The notes under the pieces: generated by a model
The model's database searches: none
Seen by the model: only the letters and a program-made list of their open reading frames with translations
What the model was told of the DNA's origin: nothing
Made by a program: the position numbers and the translations under genes
Shown here: in pieces, positions 41,301-53,148 of the stretch
Layout of the letters: every line of letters begins with the position of its first letter
How positions within the stretch are numbered: position 1 is the stretch's first letter
Assembly: GCF_022045235.1 (NCBI RefSeq)
Contig: NW_027266273.1
Span: forward strand, 27,838,001 to 27,902,000
DNA from: Haliotis cracherodii
Taxonomy: Eukaryota
Direction: 5' to 3'
DNA: 64,000 bases

Positions 41301-44300
41301 TTAAGCTGACAAGCCGCAATTTAAATACTGTTAAAAGCGGCTTTAAACCCATCTCACCCATCTCACCCATCTCACCCACTCACTCACTCACTCACTCAAG
41401 AATATCTTGGCAGGGGAGGCTACAAATGGGCTCCACACATGTTAGGAATCGAAGCCAGGCCTTAGGCGTGACGAGCGAAGCTCTCCAACCTTAAGGCTAC
41501 CCCGGACCCAGTCACTGCAGTTACTTTTATAATCTAGTTGATGCTGATATTCATTGCTTTTGATAGAGATCAAAATGAATATTTTGGGGTGTATTATTAC
41601 AAATAGGGGACAGTCAAGTGCCGAACTGATTTACCAAAGAGGTCTTACGATCCCTGGCAGTTGTTGATACTGTGTCTGTGATGTTGCAGGCAGAGAAGCA
41701 CGCCCCGGCGCTGGTCAAGCTGATTTGTGAAGAGCTGAACATTAAACCCGATCAGATGCTCGACTTCGAACTGTGCCTGGCGGACACACAGCCTGCTGTA
41801 AGTGGCATAGTTTGTAGTTTCAGTTTTGACAAATCTAGCTTCTAATTGTGGAATACGACTGCAGATATTTCAAGAATTTGTATTTTGAGTCTGAAGAAAA
41901 CAAGATTCCTTCAGGTTCCTTGTCCTTGCAGGCAATTGGTGGGGCACTGGAGGAGTTTATTTTTTCTGCCCGACTCGACAACCTGTTCAACGCCTATGCA
42001 GCATGTGAGGTAAGATCATGTGTGAAAAAGAACCACAAACTGAGTGTCACCCAGAGCTAGTTGTAAGGAAGGTATCCTGAAATGAGTGTCACCCATAACT
42101 AGTTGTAGGGAAGGTATCCTGAAATGAGTGTCACCCATAGCTAGTTGTAAGGAAGGTATCCTGAAATGAGTGTCACCCAGAGCTAGTTGTAAGGAAGGTA
42201 TCCTGAAATGAGTGTCACCCAGAGCTAGTTGTAAGGAAGGTGTCCTGAAATGAGTGTCACCCAGAGCTAGTTGTAAGGAAGGTATCCTGAAATGAGTGTC
42301 ACCCAGAGCTAGTTGTAAGGAAGGTATCCTGAAATGAGTGTCACCCAGAGCTAGTTGTAAGGAAGGTATCCTGAAATGAGTGTCACCCAGAGCTAGTTGT
42401 AAGGAAGGTGTCCTGAAATGAGTGTCACCCAGAGCTAGTTGTAAGGAAGGTATCCTGAAATGAGTGTCACCCAGAGCTAGTTGTAAGGAAGGTATCCTGA
42501 AATGAGTGTCACCCAGAGCTAGTTGTAAGGAAGGTGTCCTGAAATGAGTGTCACCCAGAGCTAGTTGTAAGGAAGGTATCCTGAAATGAGTGTCACCCAG
42601 AGCTAGTTGTAAGGAAGGTATCCTGAAATGAGTGTCACCCAGAGCTAGTTGTAAGGAAGGTAGTGTTCAGCGGTTCACCTGTCTTTATGCTTCAGGCATT
42701 GGTCGAGTCCTGCAGTAACGAGAGCCTTGCTGCAGACCCCAGCATCCGAATGATCAGCCTGTTCGATAATGAGGAGGTGAGTGAAGTATAGCATATTATT
42801 AATTGGAGGATATTTACGACTTCCGCAAAACAAAATTTCTGTCTTGGTAATTATCAAGAGTAGGACGGTGGGGTTCGCCGAGTGTTCACACTTTTCAACT
42901 GTTGGTAGTTGAGTTTGCTTGATTCTCCATGATTTTAGCCAGTTTGTTACTGTCCTTGTATGCTGCTGTATTCTGTGTTATGTTACCATGTGATTAGTTA
43001 TAACACATTACAGTGTTCCCGGGCTATTGCGCTCTTCTATATAGCTCTAACTCGGGTTATAGCCCATAGTAAACTCAAGTTTTGCACTGACATGACGTTT
43101 TTTCCCCATCGCTGTATAATGAGTTATAATTAGGGAGCGTTATAGACAATCAGTGGAAGAACAGAGGTGGAGTTGTAGAGGGTATTTGGACCCTAAGGTA
43201 GTGTTGTAGAGTCATAGTATTTCAAATAGTGCAGACTCAATAACATTTTCAATTGGTCATAAAGGTTGGGTCCCAGAGTGCACAGGGAGCTCAGTCTACC
43301 TTTCAAGAACTGGTTCTGCGTCGCATCAGCTCCAGTCCGGACAACCAAACAGCCTTTGAGGAAGCCATTGCTCGGTCGTACATGATCAGCGCGGACCAAG
43401 CCCATGCTGTTCATCCCAACTACTCGTGAGTTGATTTATCCGCTGTGTTAGACTGGCTTTACTTTACACAAACAGCTTTTAATTCTAATCAAACGTAGGT
43501 CGTGGTTATGGCTGCAAGTATGCCAAAATCACGATTTAGCATTCCTGTTTGTATTGTATTAAAAACAAGGGAGGGAAGCAGTGTTAGCATTAAGTCTCCT
43601 AGGATCCTTAATGTATGTCAGTGTTTACTCTCGGAACCTCAGTGACCTCAGAGGTCACTGACCTCCCTCATTCATTGTTAGGACATTCAGATATGATCCT
43701 TGCTTTTTTCCAGAGAGAAGCATGAATGCAACCACCAGCCATCATTCCACAAGGTGAGTACTAACACAGTCCAGACCTTGTTCGTGTCATTACATGGAGA
43801 CCTCTTGACTGGACAACTGGTTGCAAAATCACATTAGTTTTTTAAAGAGTCTTTTTGTAAGATCATCTAATGTTCATATGATTGACGTTTCTCAGAAATA
43901 TTGCTTCTTTTCATGTAGGGTATTGTCCTAAAGTTCAATGGCAACCAGCGCTATGCAACCACTGCGATCACTGCTACAATCCTGAGAGAGGTGGCAAAGC
44001 GTGTTGGAGCTCCACTGCAGGTAAGTTGTGACAGGTGTCGGTACAGGTGTTTGATGAAGGGTGAGAGATGACAGGTGTCGGTACAGGTGTGTGATGAAGG
44101 GTGAGAGATGACAGGTGTCGGTACAGGTGTGTGATGAAGGATGAGAGATGACAGGTGTCGGTACAGGTGTTTGATGAAGGGTGAGAGATGACAGGTGTCG
44201 GTACAGGTGTGTGATGAAGGGTGAGAGATGACAGGTGTCGGTACAGGTGTGTGATGAAGGATAAGAGATGACAGGTGTCGGTACAGGTGTGTGATGAAGG

Positions 44301-46407
44301 ATGAGAGATGACAGGTGTCGGTACAGGTGTTTGATGAAGGGTGAGAGATGACAGGTGTCGGTACAGGTGTGTGATGAAGGGTGAGAGATGACAGGTGTCG
44401 GTACAGGTGTGTGATGAAGGATGAGAGATGACAGGTGTCGGTACTGGTGTGTGATGAAGGGTGAGAGATGACAGGTGTCGGTACAGGTGTGTGATGAAGG
44501 GTGAGAGATGACAGGTGTCGGTACAGATGTGTGTTGAAGGGTGATAGATGACAGGTGTCGGTACAGGTGTGTGATGAAGGGTGAGAGATGACAGGTGTCG
44601 GTACAGGTGTGTGATGAAGGGTGAGAGATGACAGGTGTTGGTACAGGTGTGTGATGAAGGATTATAGATGACAGGTGTCGGTACAGGTGTGTGATGAAGG
44701 GTGAGAGATGACAGGTGTTGGTACAGGTGTGTGATGAAGGGTGAGAGATGACAGGTGTTGGTACAGGTGTCAGTACAGGTGTTTGATAAAGGGTGAGAGA
44801 TGACAGGTGTCGGTACAGGTGTGTGATGAAGGATGAGAGATGACAGGTGTTGGTACAGGTGTGTGATGAAGGGTGAGAGATGACAGGTGTTGGTACAGGT
44901 GTCGGTACAGGTGTGTGATGAAGGGTGAGAGATGACAGGTGTCGGTACAGGTGTGTGATGAAGGGTGAGAGATGACAGGTGTTGGTACAGGTGTGTGATG
45001 AAGGATTATAGATGACAGGTGTCGGTACAGGTGTGTGATGAAGGGTGAGAGATGACAGGTGTTGGTACAGGTGTGTGATGAAGGGTGAGAGATGACAGGT
45101 GTTGGTACAGGTGTCGGTACAGGTGTTTGATGAAGGGTGAGAGATGACAGGTGTCGGTACAGGTGTCGGTACAGGTATTTGATGAAGGGTGAGAGATGAC
45201 AGGTGTCGGTACAGGTGTGTGATGAAGGGTGAGAGATAACACTACAGGTGAAAGTTGAGAGACTGACGAACAAAACATTTGCAATACTGCATGAAGAAGA
45301 TAACGTGGGTATCAATGTTAACATGTTTAAATACTGGAACTTGGACCCAGGTTTCAAGGATATATCAGTGCTGCAATAGATGATATGTAACAACAGTCAT
45401 TGTGCAAAGATTGTATTGCGGTACAGGGTGCTGGTCAGCTATTGGGTAGTATCCACAGGACGAGCAGATTTTTGAAGGTTTGAACAACACTATAGACAGT
45501 GATGATGTGTAATTCACAGGACATCGTGGTAAGAAACGACTCTCCGTGCGGGTCGACTATCGGTCCTATCATGTCCGCCAAGCTGGGGATGCAGACCATA
45601 GATGTTGGGGCGCCACAACTCAGCATGCACTCCATCCGGGAGATGGGATGCACATCCAGCGTCCACCAGGCCATTGTGCTCTTCCAGGTCTGTTTGTTTG
45701 TTTGTTTGTTGTTTAACACCGCACTCAGCAATATTTCGGCTATATGACAGTGGTCTGTAAATAATCAAGTCTGGCCCAGACAATCCAGTGATTGATATCA
45801 TCAGCATCGATCGACGCTTCAGGATACGATGACATGCATCAATTAAGTCAGCGAGCCTGATCACTCGAGTCCGTTAGTCGCCTCTTACCACAAGCATATT
45901 CTTCCAGGTTAATTGGCGCTTCACACAGTTTAATCCAATACAAGACGTATCTGCATAATATCTGACAAACCCTGCATAGCGACCAGTCATCCTGAAGGCA
46001 TGGACATGTGTTCATGCTTTCAACCACTGGTTTGCTCGATCTTTTGCTGATTGATGTGGCTGTCATATTGCTGACTAAGGCACAAAACAAGATTGGCACA
46101 ATCACTCTCTCACTCACTAACAATCTCACTCACTCATCCACACTCACCCGCTCTTCCACACTCACTCACTCATTCACTCACACTCACTCCCAGACACACA
46201 CACACACACACACACTCTCATCCACCCACCCTTTCACGCACTCACTAAATCACTCACTCATCCTACCACTCACTCACTCCCTCAGCCACCCACTCACTCA
46301 CTCACACACTTACCCACTCAACTTTTTCACTCACTCATCCAACCACCCACACTCTCCCTCACCAACTCTCTCCCTTTCTCACTTATCCACCCACTCACTC
46401 AAAAAAC

Positions 46408-46456
<49 letters not shown>

Positions 46457-46680
46457 ACTTACCCACTCAACTTATTCACTCACTCATCCAACCACCCACA
46501 CTCTCCCTCACCAACTCTCTCCCTTTCTCACTCACCCACCCACTCACTCAAACAAAAAACACTCATTCACGCACGCACGAACGCATCCACCCAACCATCC
46601 ACTTACTCACTCACTCACTGTTGCTGTTGCAGGGTTTCTTTGAGCACTACCCTGCTGTGGCTGCCTCCCTCAACTTCTAG
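32347..46680 (+). CDS. DNPEP: Aspartyl aminopeptidase, peptidase family M18 (15 coding exons, 469 aa)
   Basis: Exons 32347-32349 (ATG only, donor GTGAGA; inferred), 33583-33664, 35718-35806, 37377-37490, 38843-38968, 39599-39723, 41002-41086, 41690-41797, 41932-42009, 42696-42776, 43265-43425, 43714-43753, 43919-44020, 45520-45687 and 46633-46680, all phase-consistent. M18 motifs [64 protein letters not shown] and LSMHSIRE. Confidence 0.96.
32816..33541. repeat. Two abutting minisatellites (about 46-58 bp and 22 bp units) in DNPEP intron 1
   Basis: GCATGGAGTCATC...ATGACATCCTTACCTTGTCAGTGTAGCAGG units run to about 33345, then GGTGACTCTGCTGGCTGTAAAA units to 33541. Confidence 0.92.
34412..34901. 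mobile_element. MITE with about 85-bp TIRs
   Basis: CAATCTCATTAAAATTAGACCTTAGTTCTCGCTACCGCT... pairs with ...AGCGGTAGCAAGAACTAAGATCTGATTTTAATGAGATTG. Confidence 0.85.
35926..36466. mobile_element. MITE with about 70-bp TIRs (CATCT...AGATG family)
   Basis: CATCTTCCTGAGTGCAAGGGAGTTAACTGACT... pairs with ...AGTCAGTTAACTCCCTTGCCTCTGAAAGATG. Partial or deleted copies at about 80-445, 12946-13035, 16547-16625 and 18650-19060. Confidence 0.85.
36572..36800 (+). mobile_element. SINE-like family D
   Basis: Core GAGTCAGTATACTGTGTCTGAGTGGGGTATTCATGTTAAACTGCGGCATGGTATCTC, shared in inverted orientation with about 5480-5770, 16185-16335 and 24945-25245. Confidence 0.7.
37032..37378 (+). repeat. 31-41-bp minisatellite ending in, and copying, the DNPEP exon 4 acceptor
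   Basis: Unit ATAATGATGAATGTTATGTTGTGTGTTTCAG(TATGTTTCAG). The final TTTCAG|TAC is the real acceptor. Confidence 0.92.
37473..38757 (+). repeat. 57/64-bp minisatellite, about 18 copies, spanning the DNPEP exon 4 donor
   Basis: Unit GACAGCTCTTGCTTCAAG|GTACACTTGTCACATAGCATCAGGTCAGTGTTGTAATCA, compared with the real junction GACAGCCCTTGTTTCAAG|GTACACTTGTC. Confidence 0.95.
38558..38717 (+). mobile_element. SINE family A inserted within a minisatellite unit
   Basis: Splits the unit as ...CACATAGCTTC | SINE | AGGTCAGTGTTGTAATC. Confidence 0.85.
39040..39566. repeat. 46-bp minisatellite, about 11 copies, in DNPEP intron 5
   Basis: Unit AACTGTATGTATGTGTAGCCAGTACAAGCTGGGCCACTCTCCCAGT. Confidence 0.95.
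39745..40624. repeat. 33/39-bp minisatellite in DNPEP intron 6
   Basis: Unit GG(GCCCAC)GTACACATCCTGGTGTCCCCTCACATCACCT, starting 21 nt after the donor. Confidence 0.95.
42041..42662. repeat. 42-bp minisatellite, about 15 copies, filling DNPEP intron 9
   Basis: Unit TGAGTGTCACCCAGAGCTAGTTGTAAGGAAGGTATCCTGAAA. Confidence 0.95.
44029..45237. repeat. 40-bp minisatellite, about 30 copies, starting 8 nt after the DNPEP exon 13 donor
   Basis: Unit TGACAGGTGTCGGTACAGGTGTGTGATGAAGGGTGAGAGA. Confidence 0.95.
45690..45899 (-). mobile_element. SINE-like family B inserted at the DNPEP exon 14 donor
   Basis: 10-bp TSD TCTTCCAGGT (45680-45689 and 45900-45909). Confidence 0.85.
46102..46619. repeat. Compound (CACT)n/(CA)n microsatellite adjoining the last DNPEP acceptor
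   Basis: Degenerate CACT and CA runs ending about 13 nt before the exon at 46633. Confidence 0.9.
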
Positions 46681-47906
46681 ACAACGTCCTGGACGCCATC
46701 AGATGCACACAGCATCAGCATCACGTCACCATGCAGTGCCACACCACCTCCAACTTTAGTTTGGCATCATCTATGCAGAATTTCTAATTTCCTGGGAGAG
46801 TCTCCTAGCAGTGTGTTAGCAGTAATATGTTAATGTCTTTGTTTCTCCATGAATTTACTAGTAAAAATAGTATTTATTTGTTGAAATATTAATGAATGTA
46901 GCATAAACACTTCTTGTGATATTCAGATTGTATATGTGGAATTGTTATGGTAACAGGTGCTGTAACTTCACCTGGGGTATAGGAACGCTAGTGTCCATCA
47001 CCTAGAAACATCTGTATACTGGCTGCCTTGTATGACCTTCACCTTGCTTCACTCAGAGTGAAGTGGACATTCAGTCCAAGACATCTTCGTCATACCATTC
47101 TAAGTCTACGTTAAGACACAGAAGTTACAACAACCACAGCACTGAGATTGTGGAACAAGGCCTCAAGATGTTGTAAACAACCGTCATTAATCTCGATCAA
47201 AGTACGTAAGTTGCGACAGTAGTAAGATGGCAAACATTAATCAAACCATTATTATGAAATTGGCCTTTTGTGTTGATTCTCATGAAATCCAACTGTGTGC
47301 TGTATTCATATTTGTCAAGAATACTTGAAAAAAGAATTGTCCAGAGATGTGTGCACATAAGTATATTGTATTCTATTAAATTGGTGATTTTTGAGGCATG
47401 TCTTTGTCATATTTCCTTGACACCAGTTTCGGCATGCATGTGGACCAGAGATCTTAAAGGGCAAGGAACGTCAACACAGCAACGTCAACACAGCAACGTC
47501 AACACAGCAACGTGACAGATTGTAATACTTTAGGGCATTACTGAATCACAAATAGTTGACCGAAATTATATTTGAAAAACAAAAAAATTTGAAACAGATG
47601 ATAAAAACATGACATACAAAATCATGCACCAAACGAAACATTCCTCCAATTAGGGGATTCCCCCTAGTGGAGGTTAAAATGGGTTCCAGGTGTTTGACGC
47701 ACTGCACAATTTCAATAATTATAATGATCAGGCTGACGCCCATTCTGCCTGCTTCTGTCTCGGATTTTGTCATATGTTATGCTGCTCATCCATTTGATTA
47801 CTGTGTCCACAACTTATGTCACCTTAGTAACAACACTGAAGATGCCTTCCGTTGTTTTACTCAGGGGATTATTCCCTGACAGCATTTATTGTGTGGAATT
47901 GGGCAG

Positions 47907-48423
47907 CTAAAGTACTCACGGAAATGAAAAATAACTGTTTTTCTCAATTTAAAAATCGACACAAAGTGTTACATATCTGTAAATACGAAATACCAAAACA
48001 ACTCGAAAAGTACTTGTCTGGATTTGCTAGTTTGATCTCAGTGAACAATACAAAATGTACTTTACAGGAGGTAATTTGTCGGCACTTTCAACATTCAAAA
48101 ATAAAACTAAGTCCAAATTGACATAGCAGAAACAGACTATAGGCATTATGCACCTGTTCTCACCTGTCGTCAAGGTGTCATAGGTCACCTTGATCTACTT
48201 ACACCTGGTTATGCCCTGTTTCACAATAGTCTGTTTTATTCACATTTATACACACTTTTACGTGTAAAAGGGCATAAAAACATTTGATACGCTGTATTTG
48301 TGCCACGGCCCAATTAGTACTAATTTAGTTGTTTGAATATTTACATATTTTGTATATTAACTGCATTTATTTAAGATCTGAGGTCGAAAAAACAGGGTTT
48401 TTTCATTTCCGTGAGTACTTTAG
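47907..48423. mobile_element. MITE
   Basis: TIRs CTAAAGTACTCACGGAAATGAAAAA and TTTTTCATTTCCGTGAGTACTTTAG. Confidence 0.85.
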
Positions 48424-49756
48424 TGTTTTATTACCCAAACAAGATGTGAGTAATAAAAAGCTAGTTTCCGATTGTTAGCTATTTTACTTGTTCACAATGT
48501 CAAAACAAGGTCATTTCACACATTCAACAATGTATGCAATGTTATTTTTTAGGATTAACAAAAATAGCAGAAATAGTATATGTATAAACAGCCGAGAATC
48601 ACAAGATAGATAAACCTATCGGCCAATGAAAACAGTTGTCACCACTGCGCCGGTAGCTTTAGGCCACTACCCCAAATAGGTTTGTTTTGGACCGGACCTG
48701 GGTTCGATTCGCCAGAGAAATCCGTGACGTTTTGCTGAGGTGCCGTTTTAGCCTGCACCCGTTTTGGATGCCTGTGCTTTCAGAACTTTCTCTTGGACAT
48801 TTAGATACTTTGTACGAATGTTATGAATTTTTCTCTCAGAAATTGACGAAATGTACTCAGGTAAAATTGATATTCTCATTAAAATAGCACACATTTCGTT
48901 CACTCTACTAGCTCTTTAAAGCACCTCACTGAACTATACACAGTTGCCTCCCTTGGTTGCCAGATCAGCTGTTTGGTTTGAATCCCAGATTTGTCGTTGA
49001 TGTTCCTCGTGGGGTCACGGTGACCCAGTCATATACGCCCGTGATGCTTGCCGCGACTATGCTTGTCGTAGGAGCCGACTAATAAGATCGGGCAGTCATC
49101 GTGTCCCAATAGCGTGGATCGATGCCCCTGATATCAATCCTTGGATTGTCTGGTCCACCCTCGATTATTTACAGACCGCCGTCATATAGCTGGAATATTG
49201 TTGAGTGCTGCGTAAAACAACAAATATACAAACAAACCCAGTCATATAAGATGCTGAGTTGCTCCCCTTAGTCAAGACAGAAATCTATCTTAAAAAACAA
49301 CAATTCACTGAGGGGCGATGGGGTAGCCCAGTGGTTAAGCGTTGGCTCCTCGCCCCGGACCTGGGTTCGATTCCACACATAGGTACTATGTGTAAAGCCA
49401 ATTTCTAGTGTTCCCAATGGTGATATTGCTGAAATATTTCCAAAAGCGGGGTAAGACTATACTCCCTCATTAATATCTTATAGTCTTTCCGACTACAGCT
49501 GCTGATGCTGGTATGGAGTGTAGTGGGGTGGTCGTGGGTTGACATAACTATTTAATCCGTTTCGATACAAGCTGCATTATCATATTTATTGACCTACTTT
49601 CATAAACACAATGTTCCATAAAATTATATAATGGTAATATTCCGCATGCAATAACAGACACCTTGATGGAAACAAAGTAAAACAAACTAACACGTTATTA
49701 AAGCTTACATGAGGATCACGAATAAGAAAGTTACACCTTCTCATAGTTTCATGGGA

Positions 49757-49908
49757 AGTGAGTGAGTATGGTTTTACACCGCTTTTAGCAACATTCCAGC
49801 AATGGGAAACCAGAAATGGGCTTCACGCATTGTACCCATGTCGGGAATCGAACCCGGGTCTTCAGCGTGACGAGCGAACGCTTTAACCGCAAGGCTACCC
49901 CACCGCCC
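49757..49908 (-). mobile_element. tRNA-derived SINE, family A
   Basis: Reverse complement of family A, flanked by CTCATAG(T/C)TTCATG direct repeats. Confidence 0.85.
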
Positions 49909-51737
49909 TCATAGCTTCATGAAGATAGTGACGAGTGTTGATATATTTGCTATATAAAAACACGAGGGTGAGATTTTATTTATCATCCAACATCAATCTT
50001 CCAACCTTTTCAATATGTAGACAGTAAAAAGCAGTGTCTTTAGTGTAAAAAAATACTGCTAACAGCTTCAGTAGCAGAGCCATTAGTACTTCCCAAGCGA
50101 TATCTCCTGTGGGAGCCAGTTTTGGATGATAAACAAAATTACACGTAATTATAGCTTACACGAGGCAGCAAATATCCCCCATTCAAAATAAATGACATCG
50201 TCTTTGTATGCAATGCCACGTTAAAATGAGTGAGCATATGAGTTAGGATTCCGTTATATGAAAGTGTGTCGGCTGGACGTGGGAGGAAAGTATTGCAGAT
50301 CTAGGTATTTAATCACCACTTTGGTGAAACCCACGAGCATGGTAATGGTGAGACAAACTAAGGATGACTACCAGACCAAATCTGGGATTTACACACAATC
50401 ACTGGATCCTCAAACGACCACGGGACGCAACTCTTAGGAGTAGGAGTTGAGTCGACAGGTTGAACACTACGCGTGAATGTTGTCGCGGTGTAAAACAATA
50501 TTCAGTCACACACTGACTACCATACGTTTTCACTGTGTTCACCTCCCTGGTCGGATGGAAGCCAGGCTGAGAGATGGGCTCAATAAATTAACCAGCATCG
50601 CAAATGTGCTGACGGAGCAATGATGCACAGATGGAGGCGTTCAACCGTGACGCGCTGGTCGTTTTCACGGTGTGGAAATGTAATGCATTGATTTAGTACT
50701 GTTTACCTTGTTGCCAACGCGCGCTCACAACACACTGTATTGTATTAACACACATGAGTGTTGCAGATGACGTAGGTGAAATGGTGCACTGCGGGGTGCT
50801 GTCAACTTTGCGCGAGGCCAACTATTAACTGCATGTAATTTCTGCAACACGTCCCCACGTTTCTAACCATACAGGAAACATATGTTTGTATTCAAATTTG
50901 ATTTGTTTTGTACTGTAAATGATAGAATAATCACGCAACTGGTCATGTGTACATGCATAAACCACAACCAAAACGCAATTTATAAAACGATAGTTCAGTA
51001 CAACCACTGTGATATGTACTACTCAAAAGAAGTTGAACATTCGATTCTTTCATATTACTAAAGATTACTGTAGCAATATGATTTTGTTGTTGTTTTGTTT
51101 GTTGTTTAACGCCACACTCAGCAATATTACAGCTACATGACTGCAGTCTGTAAATAATCGAGTCTGGACCAGACAATCAAGTGATTGACATCATGAGCAT
51201 CGACCCACACAATTGGGATACCAGGACATGAATCAACAAAGCCAGCGAGCCTGACCACCTGATCCCGTTTGTCGCCTCTTACGACAAGTATAGTCGCCTC
51301 TTACGGCAAGCATGGGTTGCTGAAGACCTATTCTACACGGGACCGTGAAGTGATATGAAAGAATGGGATGTTCTTTAACTTCTTTTAAGTAACATATATG
51401 TTACAGAAAATATGTATAATTCGTGAAATTTAAGGAAATATTTCTAATATCTGATTCACTCATTAAAATATGTAAATTTTCTGAAATTTTATAGCGGAAA
51501 TTATACATATATCCTTATTATACATACTTCTGTGACAAATAAATGTTCTCCGCAATAATAAGAAGGACATCAAGCTATCATGGCCTGCCTGTACACGCTG
51601 TTTGACTTGAATACAGCGAGAAGATTCGTCGATCTGAACAGATATATATGTATCAGCATATATAATGTTAATTGTCAGTTAGAAGATAAATGCATATAAT
51701 CACATGTTGCCCTAGAATATATGAATAAATTTGCATA

Positions 51738-51902
51738 CAGTAAACTACGGTTATAACGAACACGCTTATAACGAACTGACGGATAGAACGAACTCACTGT
51801 TTTGGTACCGACTATTTTCTGTAGTTATGCTGTATATATGCTAATAACGAACTACGGTTATAACGAACTAAAATTAGTAGTCCCTTTGAGTTCGGTTTAC
51901 TG
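51738..51902. mobile_element. Tc1/mariner-pogo-type MITE
   Basis: TA|CAGTAAAC ... GTTTACTG|TA with internal repeated TTATAACGAAC motifs. Confidence 0.75.
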
Positions 51903-53054
51903 TATGTGTAAATATGTTATCGTTAGTTTAGTCAAGTTGACAACCATACAATAAGTTAGTCTCCTGGCAATACGTGATTAGAATTAAAGAACCGCAAATG
52001 TAAGGGAAAGATCTACTGCAAAACTGATGACATGACAGTATATAATCGGCGTGACATCATCACTCTCCAAGTCAAGCGTACGTAAAATCCTGACGACGTA
52101 AACAAGGTCGCGTGACATCGGACTCGATCGTTGACCAAGCAATGACATAATTAGTTTACAAAATGGTATTCTTCGAGAAGCATTCTATTTATACGACATC
52201 CGTGCCAAAATGAAATAAAACATGCATTAAAGAGTGGTATTTAATGTAAATAATCAGAGGATATTGTCGTAAATTATATGTAAATCTGCTTTATGGTAAA
52301 ATGTATACTATCTGGTAATCGACTAATTCAATTGACTCTTGTTCAAAATAACACCATACTCTACGCGGTTTAGTAGATGATATAATGTACGATACAATCG
52401 TAAAAAATCATGTGGTTGATTAATTTACATATCACATTCTAATACGCGACAATTACAACAGTGAAGTTAGAGTTGGTGGCAATTTCTTTCCTCACTCACC
52501 GTGCGCGAACCACCGTTTTATAAACACAATCATTTCGATCTGTTGTTGTGTGGGCGTTGTAACATGCTCGCAGAGAAAGGTGGAAAGTAATGATTATGGA
52601 ACAAATAAATCCACCACCAGAGCCACATTTAAATGAAACTTTTCGAAAAATGAGTTGTATATATTACACTAAATTCCTGCTATTTCTGTATGTAAATATG
52701 TAAATATTTGTTGAATACTTATATATAATGGCGACCGCGTATGGCAATGATGAACCAACCGAATGACAGTAACTTTCCCACCAGTTTGCGGTGGTTAAAT
52801 ACCTCTCTATTGATTTGATAAGACAGTATACTGAACGTAGAGAAGAACATCGCAACACAAATTTGATTTGGCACCTGAGGCATGTTATATATTTTTTCAA
52901 TATTTATATAAGTAAGACCATTATATGGATTGTGTGAAAAGAAATCTGTTTGATGGTATATATTAAAATGGCACGTATCCCTGCTGATACTGTTCAAACG
53001 AAGCCTTCTCGTTTCCTTTCCCAGTAACAGTAGTAGTTTGGTATATAGCATCAC

Positions 53055-53148
53055 ATTCATCACCCGCCATATCTGTGGACTTGTAGAAGATATTGGAAGC
53101 TATCCGTTTGTTAATTTTACGCTTCCAGATGATTCGTTCTCCAGATGG
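53055..53148 (+). other. Candidate 5' untranslated first exon of the TFCP2-like gene
   Basis: YY1-like CCGCCAT at 53064 followed by a consensus donor GG|GTAAGT at 53149, with CpG-richer flanks. No other gene is nearby to own it. Confidence 0.4.

Noticed and set aside
21181-45237. Regularly spaced repeats superficially like CRISPR arrays
   Set aside because: No unique spacers and no cas genes; eukaryotic intronic context. These are head-to-tail minisatellites.
44770-46643. ORFs of 207 aa and 211 aa rich in His/Thr
   Set aside because: Products of the 40-bp array and the CACT/CA microsatellite.
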